Of a stretch of 64,000 bases of DNA, positions 23,762-34,584 are shown piece by piece (position 1 is the first letter of the stretch; the number at the start of each line of letters is the position of its first letter). The stretch comes from Camelus dromedarius. Lineage: Eukaryota. The stretch spans positions 4,776,001-4,840,000 of the forward strand of contig NC_087438.1 of NCBI RefSeq assembly GCF_036321535.1, in the 5' to 3' direction. The notes under the pieces are model-generated. The model searched no databases. It had not been told where the DNA came from and saw only the letters and a program-made list of their open reading frames with translations. The position numbers and the translations under genes were made by a program.

Positions 23762-25005
23762 ATTCAAAATGGATCAAAGACTTAAATGTAAGACTGGAAA
23801 CCATAAAACTTCTAGAAGAAAAAATAAGTGGAATATTCTTTGATATAAATCAGAGCAATTTTTTTGGCTCTATCTCCTAAAGCAAAGGAAATGAAAGCAA
23901 AAATAAACACATGGAACCTAATTAAGCTTAAAAGCTTCTGCACAGCAAAGTAAACCACTGACAAAACAAAAAGACAACCTACTGAATGGCAGAAAATATT
24001 TGCAAATGGTTTAGCCAATAAGAGGTTAATATCCAAAGTATATAAACAGCTTGTACAACTCAAAATTTTTTAAAAATCCAGTTAAAAAATTGACAGAAGA
24101 CCTGAATAGACATTTTTCCAAAGAGGACATATAGATGGCCAACAAGCACATGAAAAGGTAGTCAATATCATTAACCATCAGAGAAATGCAAGTCAAAACC
24201 ACAATGAGCTATCACCTCACACCTGTCAGAATGGCCATCATCAAAAAGAACACAAATAGCAAATGTTGGTGAGGACGTGGAGAAAAGGGAACCCATCTAC
24301 ACTGTTGGTGGGAATGTAAATTGATACAGCCTTTATGGAAAACAGTATAGAGGTTCCTTCAAAATCTAAAAATAGAATTACCATGTGATCCAGCAAATCC
24401 TCTCCTGGGTAGATGTCCAAATAAATGAAAACATTAATTCAAAAATATACATGCACACCAATGTTCATAGCAGCATTGTTTGCAATAGTCAAGATACAGA
24501 AACAACCTAAGTGTTCACCAACAGATGAATGGATAAAGAAGATGTGGTCTATATACACAACAGAATACTACCCAGCAATAAAAAAGAATAAAATTTTGCC
24601 ATTTGCAACAACATGGATGAACTTGGAGGGTATTATGCTAAGTGAAGTAAGTCAGGCAGAGAAAGACAAATACGGAGTGATATCACTTGTATGAGGAATA
24701 TAAAAAATAAAGCAAACTAGTGAATATAACAAAAGAGAAACAGACTCAGATATAGAGAAAAGACTGTGGTTATCAGTGGGGACAGGGAAGGGGAAACGGG
24801 CATGATAGGGGTAGAAGGTTAAGAGATAACAAACTACACTGTATAAAATAAATAAGTTACAAGGGTATTTTGTACAACACAGGGAATATAGAAAATATTT
24901 TATAATAATTATTAATAATGGAATATAATCTTTAAATATTATGAGTCATGTTGTATATCTGAAACATATATAATATTGTACATCAACTATATCTATAAAT
25001 TTTTT
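23762..25005 (+). mobile_element. L1, 5'-truncated: ORF2 C-terminus and 3' UTR
   Basis: ORF 24425-24694 TCTPMFIAALFAIVKIQKQPKC...WIKKMW...FATTWMNLEGIMLSEVSQ; 3' UTR ends catcaactatatctataaa. Confidence 0.95.
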
Positions 25006-25074
25006 AAAAATTTATTTGACATAACACCCAATATAACAACAGCAACAACATGGAATAATTAAAGTAGCCATCAA

Positions 25075-25430
25075 GAAGTCAAACTCATAGAAAAAGAAAT
25101 CAGATTTGTGGATCAGAAAGGTGCAAACTTCCAGTTATAAACGAGTCCTGGGGGTGTAATGTTCAACATGATGACAATAGTTAAGACTGCTGTGTGGTAT
25201 GTGTGAAAGCTTCAAAGAGAGAAGATCCTAAAAGTTCTCATCATAAGGGGAAAATATATTTTTTTCTTTTTTGTGTGTGTGTGTGTGTGTCTGTATGAGA
25301 TGATGGATGTTAACTACATTTACTGTGGTCATCATTTCCCAATATAAGTAAGCCAAGTCATCATGCTGTACACTTTAACCTTATACAGTGCTGGACATCA
25401 AGTATACGTCAATAATACTAGGGAAAAAAG
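25075..25430 (+). mobile_element. L1 3' UTR fragment (L1MA10/L1MB-like)
   Basis: aaacttccagttataa...gatcctaaaagttctcatcataag...gatgatggatgttaactac. Confidence 0.75.
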
Positions 25431-25439
25431 AAGGAAATC

Positions 25440-26070
25440 TAAAAGTGTGGGAGGAAAAGAACAGAGAAAAATTTGGACAAATAGAAAGCACCTAGTTAAT
25501 ATGATACTTTTAAAACTGGATATTACATTATAAATTAATGGACTAAATGTTCCAAATAAAGACAAAGATAATGAGAAGGAGTTAAAAACCCAAACCTAAC
25601 TATTTGCTATTTATGGAGGAACATCTGAAATACAAGGACACAGAAAGATCGACAGGCAAAGGAACAAAGCATAGTGGCTGTGGCTATGTCAGTACCAAAA
25701 ATGGTAGGTTTTGAGGCACAAGCATTAGCAGAAGTGAAGAGGGGTCCCCCCTAACAATTACACAGCAAATAGTTTGACCACCATTCAAGTAAGCTAGAGA
25801 TCAATAAAAACATGTCACTGGCAAAGTCCTTTATATTTACATTAAGAAATACTTTTAAGTAACCCTTGATTTAAGAAATCAACCATAATAGAATTAGAAA
25901 ATACTTAAAACTCAATGAAATTAGTATCACATTCAAAACATAGGCGACTAAGAAAGTCATCACTTTAAATGCAATTATTGGGGGAAAAAGACTGAAAATG
26001 AATGAACTAAGTACAAAATAGGAATTTAGAAAAAAAAAAAAAAAGAACAAAATAAGCTCAAAGAAAGGAC
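25440..26070 (+). mobile_element. Old L1 ORF2 endonuclease-region fragment
   Basis: attacattataaattaatggactaaatgttccaaataaagacaaagat (TLNxNGLN-like); aattagaaaatacttaaaactcaatgaaa. Confidence 0.65.
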
Positions 26071-26089
26071 TGGAAAGGAACTACTACCG

Positions 26090-26537
26090 ATCTTCCATGC
26101 ATCTGTATCATATATCTCGATAACATCTCTATTCCATCTCCACCCCCCCACCCCCCCGCCAAGGACTAGCTCACTGGCAAGTCTGAGATCCTTCGGCAGG
26201 CCAGCAGGCTGTAAATTTGGCCAAGTGTTGACATTTCCGGCTTTTATCTGAATTTCCCAAGACAGCAAGCTGGTAACTTGTGCAGGGTTTCCATGTTGCC
26301 AGTAAGAGGCAGCATTTCTTCTGCTCTGGGAAGCCGCAATCTTTGCTCTCAAGGCCTTCAACTGTTGGGATGACGTCCACCCACATTGTGGAGGGTAATC
26401 TGCTTTACTGGAAGCCCTCTAATTTCAATGGCAATTATCTCTAAAAATTACTTTCACAGCAGCATCTAGACCAGTCCTTGACCAAGGCACTAGGCACCAT
26501 GGCCTTTCCAAGCCGACATATAAAATTAACCATCACA
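26090..26537 (-). mobile_element. ERVL LTR (MLT2-like)
   Basis: aaggccttcaactgttgggatgacgtccacccacattgtggagggtaatctgctttact...ataaaattaaccatcaca terminus. Confidence 0.85.
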
Positions 26538-27086
26538 CTAATTAAATAATTACACTAGGTAAATATTTTTATTTCTTGAGTTGATTTTTTTTTTTTTTTT
26601 GGTCATTACACCAATTTTGCTTAGAACAGAGATTTTAGGACTTGCTGAATCATGTGGATAAAAACGTAAAATTAATTTGCTTTTTGTGGATGCAATTTTT
26701 CAGAGCTGACGATGCCTGCTGTGGGTCATTCCAAAAGCCAGGGGGATGCCAGAGTAGAGGGTGCAAGAATTACTATAAAAACATTCCAGATTCCATCCTC
26801 ATTCTCTTTCTCCTGGCAGGACATACAGCTGTTTAAAGTCATCAGCCCAAAGGAAATTATTGAGAAGGGAAATGCTTTTTGCCCTCTTAAATCCATACAT
26901 GAAACAATGCGGATGGGGAGCTACAGCTTGAAGCATCGGGCTCTCCAGGACTGGCTGCCCTGTTGGCCACAGTGAGGGTGCTGCTTCCCGTGAGCGACTT
27001 ACACACCAAGACTCACTGGGCACCAACGGGTCCCCTTCAGATTCAGCTCTCAGGCCGTCGGGGATTGATCACCTCCCCTTTCAGTC

Positions 27087-27121
27087 GCCCCTGGCTCTGC
27101 CCCTGGCTCTGCCCCTGGCTC
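27087..27121. repeat. 12-bp tandem repeat (gcccctggctct) x ~3
   Basis: Directly visible. Confidence 0.9.
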
Positions 27122-27566
27122 ACTGTGCTCTTGAGCTTTTAATCAACATCTCAGCCCTAGTTTCCATGAAGATAAAATGGGAGAAATAATATACATTCCA
27201 GTTCAGGGCTGCCGTGAAATTCTTAACACACTTAAACACACACAGCTCTTATTTTAGCAGGTCCTTTGGCCCCAGTGCTGCTTATCTGAATCTTCCCTAA
27301 AGAGGTATGAGGAGAGTTAAGAGGACATGGAATTCCCATTAATTGGAAGCCACTTGTTGATGGCTTTTAAATGAATTGAAAAAAATGACAGAGACCAAAC
27401 CAGTACAGATGACATCTATCTATAGAATTTTTAGGAAAAAACACATCCAATGAGAGCAAATCAGATCAAACAAAAAGGGGATCAGAATGATGCTGAAAAG
27501 TTCAACAGCAATGCTTGATGCTAGAACACATAGAATGATCACTTTAAAGTTCTGAAGAAAGATGAC

Positions 27567-27700
27567 CTTTTATTTTATTTTACTGAAGTATAGTTGACTT
27601 CCAATGTTGTGATAGTTTCTGGTGTACAGAAAGGCGATTCAGATATATATGTATTTTTGTATTCCTTTCCATTATGGTTTATTAAAGGTTATTGAATATA
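27567..27700 (-). mobile_element. L1 3' terminal fragment
   Basis: ttttactgaagtatagttgacttccaatgttgtgatagtttctggtgtacag. Confidence 0.8.
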
Positions 27701-27979
27701 GAGAATAAAAAATAAATGGATTGAGACTGGGGGGGGGTTCCCATCTTTGGATCAGAGGAAAATAAAGTCAACGAAAAATGTGAAAATGAATTGCCAGTCA
27801 ACACCTCCAGTTTTTGTGAAGATTCCTCTCTTCCCACTGCCTCATCTCTCCACTAGGTCAGATTTTTTTAATTGGTTGTTGGGAACTGTCAACATTGTAG
27901 CAAGAAGGAAGTGAGTCAAAGTTAGGTAATTTGAGCTTTTCTCAAGACTTTTGCAGTCAATGCACACTGGATAAGTCGT

Positions 27980-28500
27980 CCATTCATTCCTTCCTTCTTC
28001 CCAGCATTCTACACAATATGGTGCACCTACTGTGTGCCAGACCAGAGAACTGGGTCAACAGTTGGGTAAACAGAAACAGACCTGGCCCTCCTAGAATTTA
28101 CAGTTTAGTGGAGGGGCTTACAAGTTATATACACATAGGTAATTAAAAATTGTGACAAATGCAACCAAGAAAAAGTATAAAGTGTTATGAGAGAGTGAAT
28201 GGTGGGGTCTGATGCCATCAGGATAAGTCAGAGAAGGCTTTGTGGAGGACAGGAATTTTAATTCAGTCTGAAATATGTACAGGAGAGAGCCCAGCAAAAG
28301 AGGACCCAGGCAGAAGCTGGGACGAACTGGGGGTGCAAGGGCCGTACAGGGTGGGGGCGGAGGGAGAAGCCAGAGGGGAGGCCAGAGAGCGGGCGTGGCC
28401 AAGGCGAAGGGCCACCGCTGGGATTTCAGCCCAAGTGCAGTGGCCAGCTCTCCACTGGGTGGTCAGCCGGTGAGAAATGACCAGGTCTGTGGTTTTCAGA
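27980..28500 (-). mobile_element. L2 3' region
   Basis: cattcattcc tail; gtgcacctactgtgtgccag; gtcagagaaggctttgtggagga. Confidence 0.75.
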
Positions 28501-29214
28501 GAAAATAACCGGACCTGTGGTTTTCAGACTGCTCTGTGGGGAAAAGAGAGGAGGTGGGTGCACACACGCATCTGGGGTTGTTGATGGAAGGCTGAGCACC
28601 CAGTTCATGCCTAGGGGTTTAAGCCACGTGGAATATTTGAACAGGCCCAGAGGCTGTAACACAAGGGCAAACGCTGGCTTTTCTTTTCTGCACTGAAGCA
28701 GCTTTAGAAATGCCCCTCAGATGGTCTGAGTCCCTGTTTTCTCATTTCAAATACTGAGCTGATAATACCTTAAACACTTCTCCGAGGAGTGAAAAGATAA
28801 TGAATATGTAATCAAGTGCATAGATCTTGGCACAGTGTGGAAAATCAATGCGTCCTATGAATTGGAGGCGGGGGGAAGTGGAGCGTGAACTCCGCAAATG
28901 TGCGTTTGAACGCGGACAGCTCTCCAAGAGACGGGGCTCACTGCCAGTTTGAATCAGGTTCCTTACAGTGACTGCTTTTCTTTTCAAGGGGGCTTCTGGC
29001 CTGTTTCATGCTTAATTGTTCTATGAAACTATAACTTCCCTAAGTCTTCCTGATGGATATAGGTATATAGATATACAGCCATGAAGACTTTTATTGATGC
29101 ACACACGATTTTAAGCGTCCATTTTAATGGACTTTTAAACCAATACTAATACCATATGCCACTGGTAAGCACTCCGTCGAGTTTTATTCCCATTTGCACT
29201 CTTTGAGGGAAGTT

Positions 29215-29315
29215 GGTCATTCCTTTGGACAGTTGAGAAAATTGAGATTCGGAGAAGTAAAGTAACTTGCTCAAGGTCACACTGTAAGTGGAAGATCCAG
29301 GATTTAACTTGGTTT
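29215..29315 (-). mobile_element. MIR core fragment
   Basis: gagaaaattgagattcggagaagtaaagtaacttgctcaaggtcacac. Confidence 0.75.
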
Positions 29316-29629
29316 TTGTAAGTAACAGGAGAGTGTTCGTTTTAGGACAGAAGGCTGGCAAAAGTCCCCACAACAAAGACAGAGTTTATGAGCTAATAAA
29401 CAAATCACAATGTATTACCTGCCGATCGTACATAGGCATTAATCCTCCTGCAAACGCTGTGTGCTGTGTGCTAGGATAGCCGCTTACTTTCCTCCTAGAG
29501 CCTGACTTTCAGCTTCTTGAGGGCTAACCGCATTTCATTCTTTGTGCCCCATCTGCTTTATGTTAAGCTTGTGTGATAGCAACCCGAACGCTCACTGAGG
29601 CCATGGGAATCAGACATTCTTTTAATTAC

Positions 29630-30200
29630 GAACTGCTCCGTTGCGTAATATTTGGAAATGGGTGTTTCAGTTGGCATAGGCTTGTTTATTTAAATAAGCA
29701 TTGCCCTCAAGAGTATAGTTACATTAAATTATTCAGAGGTAGGGACTGAATACTCGTTCAATGAAAAGCTCCAGAGCCACTGATTGGATCAAAACTCACT
29801 TGAACACAGACATCCACAAAGCAAAGGGAAGCTTACCCAGCAAAAGGGAGCAAAGCTGCTTGGGGGCTGTGTGGCTGACCCTTCCTCAACCAGAACAAAG
29901 CAGCCCGGTTTTGAAATCTCGGCCACGTGAAAAACCCGGAGAAGGTTAGCAACGTCCCAGCCGCAGTGGCGCCAGGTAAGCGCTGCGTAGCACAGGCGTT
30001 CCTGCGCGCAGCGGGGCTGCTTCAGATGGTCGGGGAGCCAGGGACCCGGGCTGCTGCGCGACACGGGCTGCCCGCGCCCCCTGGGCGGCTCTCGGTCTCT
30101 CTGAAGGAAGACAGGTTGCAAAGATGCAACGAGGAGATACTAGTGGACCAGCCATGGCGTCTTGTCAGATTCCTGCTCTCACGGTACACAGAGCCCACGC
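29630..30200 (+). promoter_or_regulatory. Small CpG-rich promoter/enhancer-like element with a candidate first-exon splice donor
   Basis: 18 CpG counted in 29941-30100; TTGCGTAAT at 29641; inverted CCAAT near 29783; CACGTG at 29924-29929; CAG|GTAAGC donor at 29975/29976. Confidence 0.45.
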
Positions 30201-30618
30201 CTTCATCCCGGGAACTGGAGATTATTTAAGCAAGTGGGACTGTCTTCAAGCCAGTGCTTAAGAATAACCTTTGAATGGGCACCAAATTATATTTCATATG
30301 CCACCCATTTATCCTTCCAATGTCCATGAATGACATTTTCTTGTCTATGAAAATAAGGACTCCTTAGTCACCTAGCAAAACTGGGCCCAAAAAGCACCCC
30401 AGAGGACAAGGTTTCTGAGCAGCCGACAGTCCTTTTAAGTGCTGGTCTCTGCTTTATTTTTTTGCACTTTGTTTGGAAATCCTTGTGAACAGAATTAAAT
30501 ATTTTTCTTTCGTTGTAAACTGATTATTCTGCATTTAATGCAGTTATTTCCTTTTGCCCTCTGTGCTATGACTGTGAGCATCAACTGCTGCGTATTGATG
30601 TGGACAAATAGGGCATTT

Positions 30619-31863
30619 GGGGTTTTTTGTTATTAAGTTGTATGAGCTGTTAATATTCTGGAAACTAAGCCCCTGTTAGTCATATTTTTTGCAAATATTT
30701 TCTACCTGTCCTTAGGTTGCCTTTTCATTTTGTTTATAGTTTCCTTTGCTGTGCAAAAGCTTGTAAGTTTAATTAGGCACTTTTTTTTTTTTTTTTGCTT
30801 TTATTTCTGTTGCCTTGGTAGACTGGCCTCTGATTTATGTCAGAGAATGTTTTGCATGTGTTCTCTTCTAGGAGATTTATGGTGTTCTGACTTATGTTTA
30901 AGTCTTTAAGCCATTTTGAGTTTATTTTGGGGTATAGAGTGAGGGAGTGTTCTAACTTCATTGATTTATGTGTGGATGTCCAGTTTTCCCAACACCACTT
31001 GTCAAAGAGACTGTATTTCACAAAGCAAATCAAAACTACAATGAGGTATCACCTCACACAAGTCAGAATGGCCATTATTAAAAAGTCCACAAATGATAAA
31101 TGCTGGGAGGGCATGGAGAAAAGGAACTCCCTACACTGCTGGTGGGAATGCAGATTTGGTGCAGCCATTATGGAAAAAAGTATGGAGATTCTTCAAAAAA
31201 CTAAAAATAGACTTACCATATGATCCAGCAATCCCACTCCTGGACATATAACCAGAGGGAACTCTAATTTGAAAAGACACGTGCACCCCAGTGTTCATAG
31301 CAGCACCAATTATAATAGCCAAAGACATGGAAACAACCTAAATGTCCATCAACAGAGACTGGATAAAGAAGTTGTGGCACACACACACACACACACACAC
31401 AGACACACACATACACACACACGAATACTACTCAGCCATAAAAGAATAAAATAATGCCATTTACAGCAACACGGATAGACCTGGAGATGGTCACATTATG
31501 TGAAGTAAGCCAGAAAGGGAAAGAAAAATACCATATAATATAACTTTTATGTGGAATCTCAGAAAATGACACAAATAAACTTATTTACAAAACAGAGATA
31601 GACTCACAGACATTGAAAACAAACTTACAGTTACCAGGGGGCAAGGAGGTGGGAAGGGATAAATTGGGAATTTGGGATTTGCAGATACTACATACTGTAT
31701 ATAAAATAGGTAAACAGCAAAGTCCTACTGTATGGCACAGGGAACTATATTCAATACCTTATAATGAAAAGAATATGAAAAGGAATATATATATATCATA
31801 TCTGAATCACTAGGCTATATACCAGAAATTAACACTGTAAATTGACAAAATTTCAATAAAAAA
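30619..31863 (+). mobile_element. L1 insertion with 5' inversion (30619-31018 antisense, ~31025-31863 sense)
   Basis: ORF 30773-31033 (-) [14 protein letters not shown] 30894 (+) switches to [11 protein letters not shown]...KCW; 3' UTR ends in aataaa plus A-run. Confidence 0.92.
31378..31421. repeat. (CA)n microsatellite within L1
   Basis: Directly visible. Confidence 0.95.
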
Positions 31864-32499
31864 TAGATAAACATTTGTATTCTTAAGGGGACAGCAAGTC
31901 AGAACTGCCACCGCGGAACTGTGCGTAACTAACGAGAAGTCTCTTTCAGTCCCTTGGTGGGTGTTGCTTCCGTTCAGTGCTGGTCAGCACATGCCCACTT
32001 CGCATCGATGAGATCAGTGAGAGGCAGGAAGGGGGGAGAAATACCGGCAGACATCAGCCCTGCTACTTGGGGCAAATTCTGGTTTGTCGTAACAAGAGCC
32101 TCATTCATCTCAGTTAAGGAACAACAGGTTTTCTGAAAACAGCAGATAAACGTGAGGCGCCATTCATCCATGACACATGTTCCTGTCCCCAGAGTTTGAT
32201 GGATGGGTTATTAGCAGAAGATAACGCACCCAGTATATTCTCAGTCTGCTTATGTTCTTGGTTCCCACAGGTTTGCAGGAGGATTTTTTTTTTGCAGGTT
32301 TAACTGATAAAATCCTCCAAAAATGATCCATGCACAAAGACACGCAAAACACACAAGCATCTTTCGTTAAGGTTTTTTAAGAGAGAGATCATTATCGTCT
32401 AAAGCCATGTCCCACTTTGAATCTCTTATGTCATCTTTTAAAAAATAATACAACTCAGTGGCATACATTTGCTAAAAGGTTTACAAACTCTGCTTTTAT

Positions 32500-32748
32500 T
32501 TATTAATTTTTAATTTTTATTTTTTATTGAAGCATAGTTGATTTACAATGTTAGTTTCAGGTGTACAGCAAAGCAAATCACTTATACATGTATATCTATA
32601 CACATAATTTTCTTTTTAGATTCTTTCCTATTATATATTATGACAGGAAATTGGATATATTTCCTTGTGCTCTGCAGTAGGTCCTTGCTGTTTATCTGTT
32701 TTATATATAGTCATGTGTATCTGTTAATCCCAAACTCCTAATTTATTC
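32500..32748 (-). mobile_element. L1 3' UTR fragment
   Basis: ttattgaagcatagttgatttacaatgttagtttcaggtgtacagcaaag...tctgttaatcccaaactcctaatttat. Confidence 0.9.
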
Positions 32749-33391
32749 TTCTCATTTGAAATTATGAAGTAAAAGCAGGGGACCCAGTCATAGGTGATGT
32801 TCCTACTGAAAGCCCACCAGGGTGCTCTTATGCGACCCTTTAGGGACAAGGAAGTTGCAGAGGCTTGTTTTACCCAGAACGTCAGGAATATTTGGCAACT
32901 TGGTCTCTCTGGAGCCATGACATCTTAAAGCACCGAGTGAGTTCCTGCCAGACGACTCCCTTTTCCTACTACGAGTCAGGCACAGGTTTCTCTCTTAGGG
33001 CCACTTCAGTGTTTTCTGAGTCTTCGTCTGCCTTTTTGCCTGCTGACCCGAGGCTCCCTCCCTGCCCTGCTCGCCCGCTCCTTCCTACCAAGCATTCTGA
33101 GGTGGTGAGCACCACCCGGCAAGGCTGCTCCAGCCCAGCTGCCCCACCGGCACTTCCGCTGCCCTCCCCCTTCTCCACTTGGTTTCTGTTCTATCTCCTT
33201 CCTTCCAACCTCATCCTTTCTGCGTCCATCTCCTGGGTCTCCACTTTGGGACGCATCATAAACTGAGACGGCTCCTTCCTTTGGCAACAGCTCAGTCCAC
33301 CCACTGACAGCAATGAGAGCCCATCTGCCATGGCTCTGGGTACCTTCCAGCGTCCACACCAGGGCAGGCAGTTGGAGAATCCAGATAATGA

Positions 33392-33550
33392 CTGTACTCA
33401 CTCCCTGGAGCTGTTGTAACAAGTTATCTCAAGCCAGGGGCTTAAAGCAACAGAAGTGTATTCTCTCCCAGTGGTGGAAAACAGAGGTCCAAAGTCAAGG
33501 TGTCAGCAGGGCTGTGTTCCCCATGCGGGCTGGAGGGGAGGGTTCTCCCT
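33392..33550 (-). mobile_element. MaLR LTR fragment (MLT1)
   Basis: gctgttgtaacaagtta...ggcttaaagcaacagaagtgtattctctcccagt...aaagtcaaggtgtcagcagggctgtg. Confidence 0.75.
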
Positions 33551-33932
33551 GGAGAACTGGCCAGGTCATTGTAGTCGGGAGCACAGATTTGTTCGCAATG
33601 GGATTGATTTCCCCGTGACTTCCTTTCCAAGCTCGTAAGCGTTGTTTTAATAAATCTGTTACGCTGTCTCCGCTAGAAAGCAGATACTTTAACTTCTGTG
33701 GGAAGTGTTAACAAAAGCACACTCAGGAAACTCTAAGGGAGGTTTTCATGCCTCCGTGGGCCTCGGCCGGGAATGCTTTCGGAAGCTTGTGGGTGTAAAT
33801 CCAGGACGTGATGTGGCCTCACGTTCACGTCCGTGTGAGCAGAATGGCTGTTCTGGGTAAGAGGTTTAGCGAAAGAAAGGCTGTTAGCCCACGTTTCTAA
33901 CGGTATCTCAGAGATACTGAAATACATTTTTT

Positions 33933-34378
33933 TAATTGATGTGTTGTTGATTTACAATATTACATTACTTTCAGAGGTCTAATGTAGTAATTTGATGTTT
34001 TTATAGATTACAGTCCACACAAAGTTATTACAAACTATTGACTATATTCCCCATGCTGTACATTACACCCTTGTGACTTACTCATTTTATGGCTGGAAGT
34101 TTGTACCTTTTAATCCCCTTCACCTACTTCACCTTCTCCCAACTCACCCACCCTCGTGTGGTAGCCACTAGTTTGTTTTCTATATCTGTGAGTCTGTTTC
34201 TGCTTTGTTAAATTTGTTCATCTGTTTTGTTTTTTTCCTTAATTCTGCATATAAGTGAAATCATACAGTACTTGTCTTTCTCTGTCTGACTTATTTCACT
34301 TAGCATAGTACCCTCCAAGTTCATCAGTGTTGTCACAGAAAGGCAAGACTCTATTCTTTTTTATGGCTGAATAGTATT

Positions 34379-34432
<54 letters not shown>

Positions 34433-34584
34433 CATATCACAACTTCTTTATCCATTCATTTACCTGTGGGCACTTAGGTTGCTTCCATGTCTTAGCTGTT
34501 CTAGATGATGCTCCTGTGAACACTGGGGTGCTAACAAATCCCCTCCTGGATATTTATCAGAAGAAAACAAAAACATTAATTTGC
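33933..34584 (-). mobile_element. L1 3' part with short 5' inversion and TSD
   Basis: Antisense L1 to ~34530, then sense aaatcccctcctggatatttatcagaagaaaacaaaaacattaatt; TSD aatacatttttt at 33921-33932 and 34585-34596. Confidence 0.88.
34381..34432. repeat. (TG)n microsatellite within L1
   Basis: Directly visible. Confidence 0.95.

Noticed and set aside
24425..24694. Protein-coding gene calls for ORFs resembling reverse-transcriptase proteins (also 48271, 52872, 57783)
   Set aside because: All are fragments of truncated, frameshifted L1 ORF2.
28905..28925. REST/RE1 site (cggacagctct)
   Set aside because: Only the right half-site matches; the TTCAGCACC half is absent.
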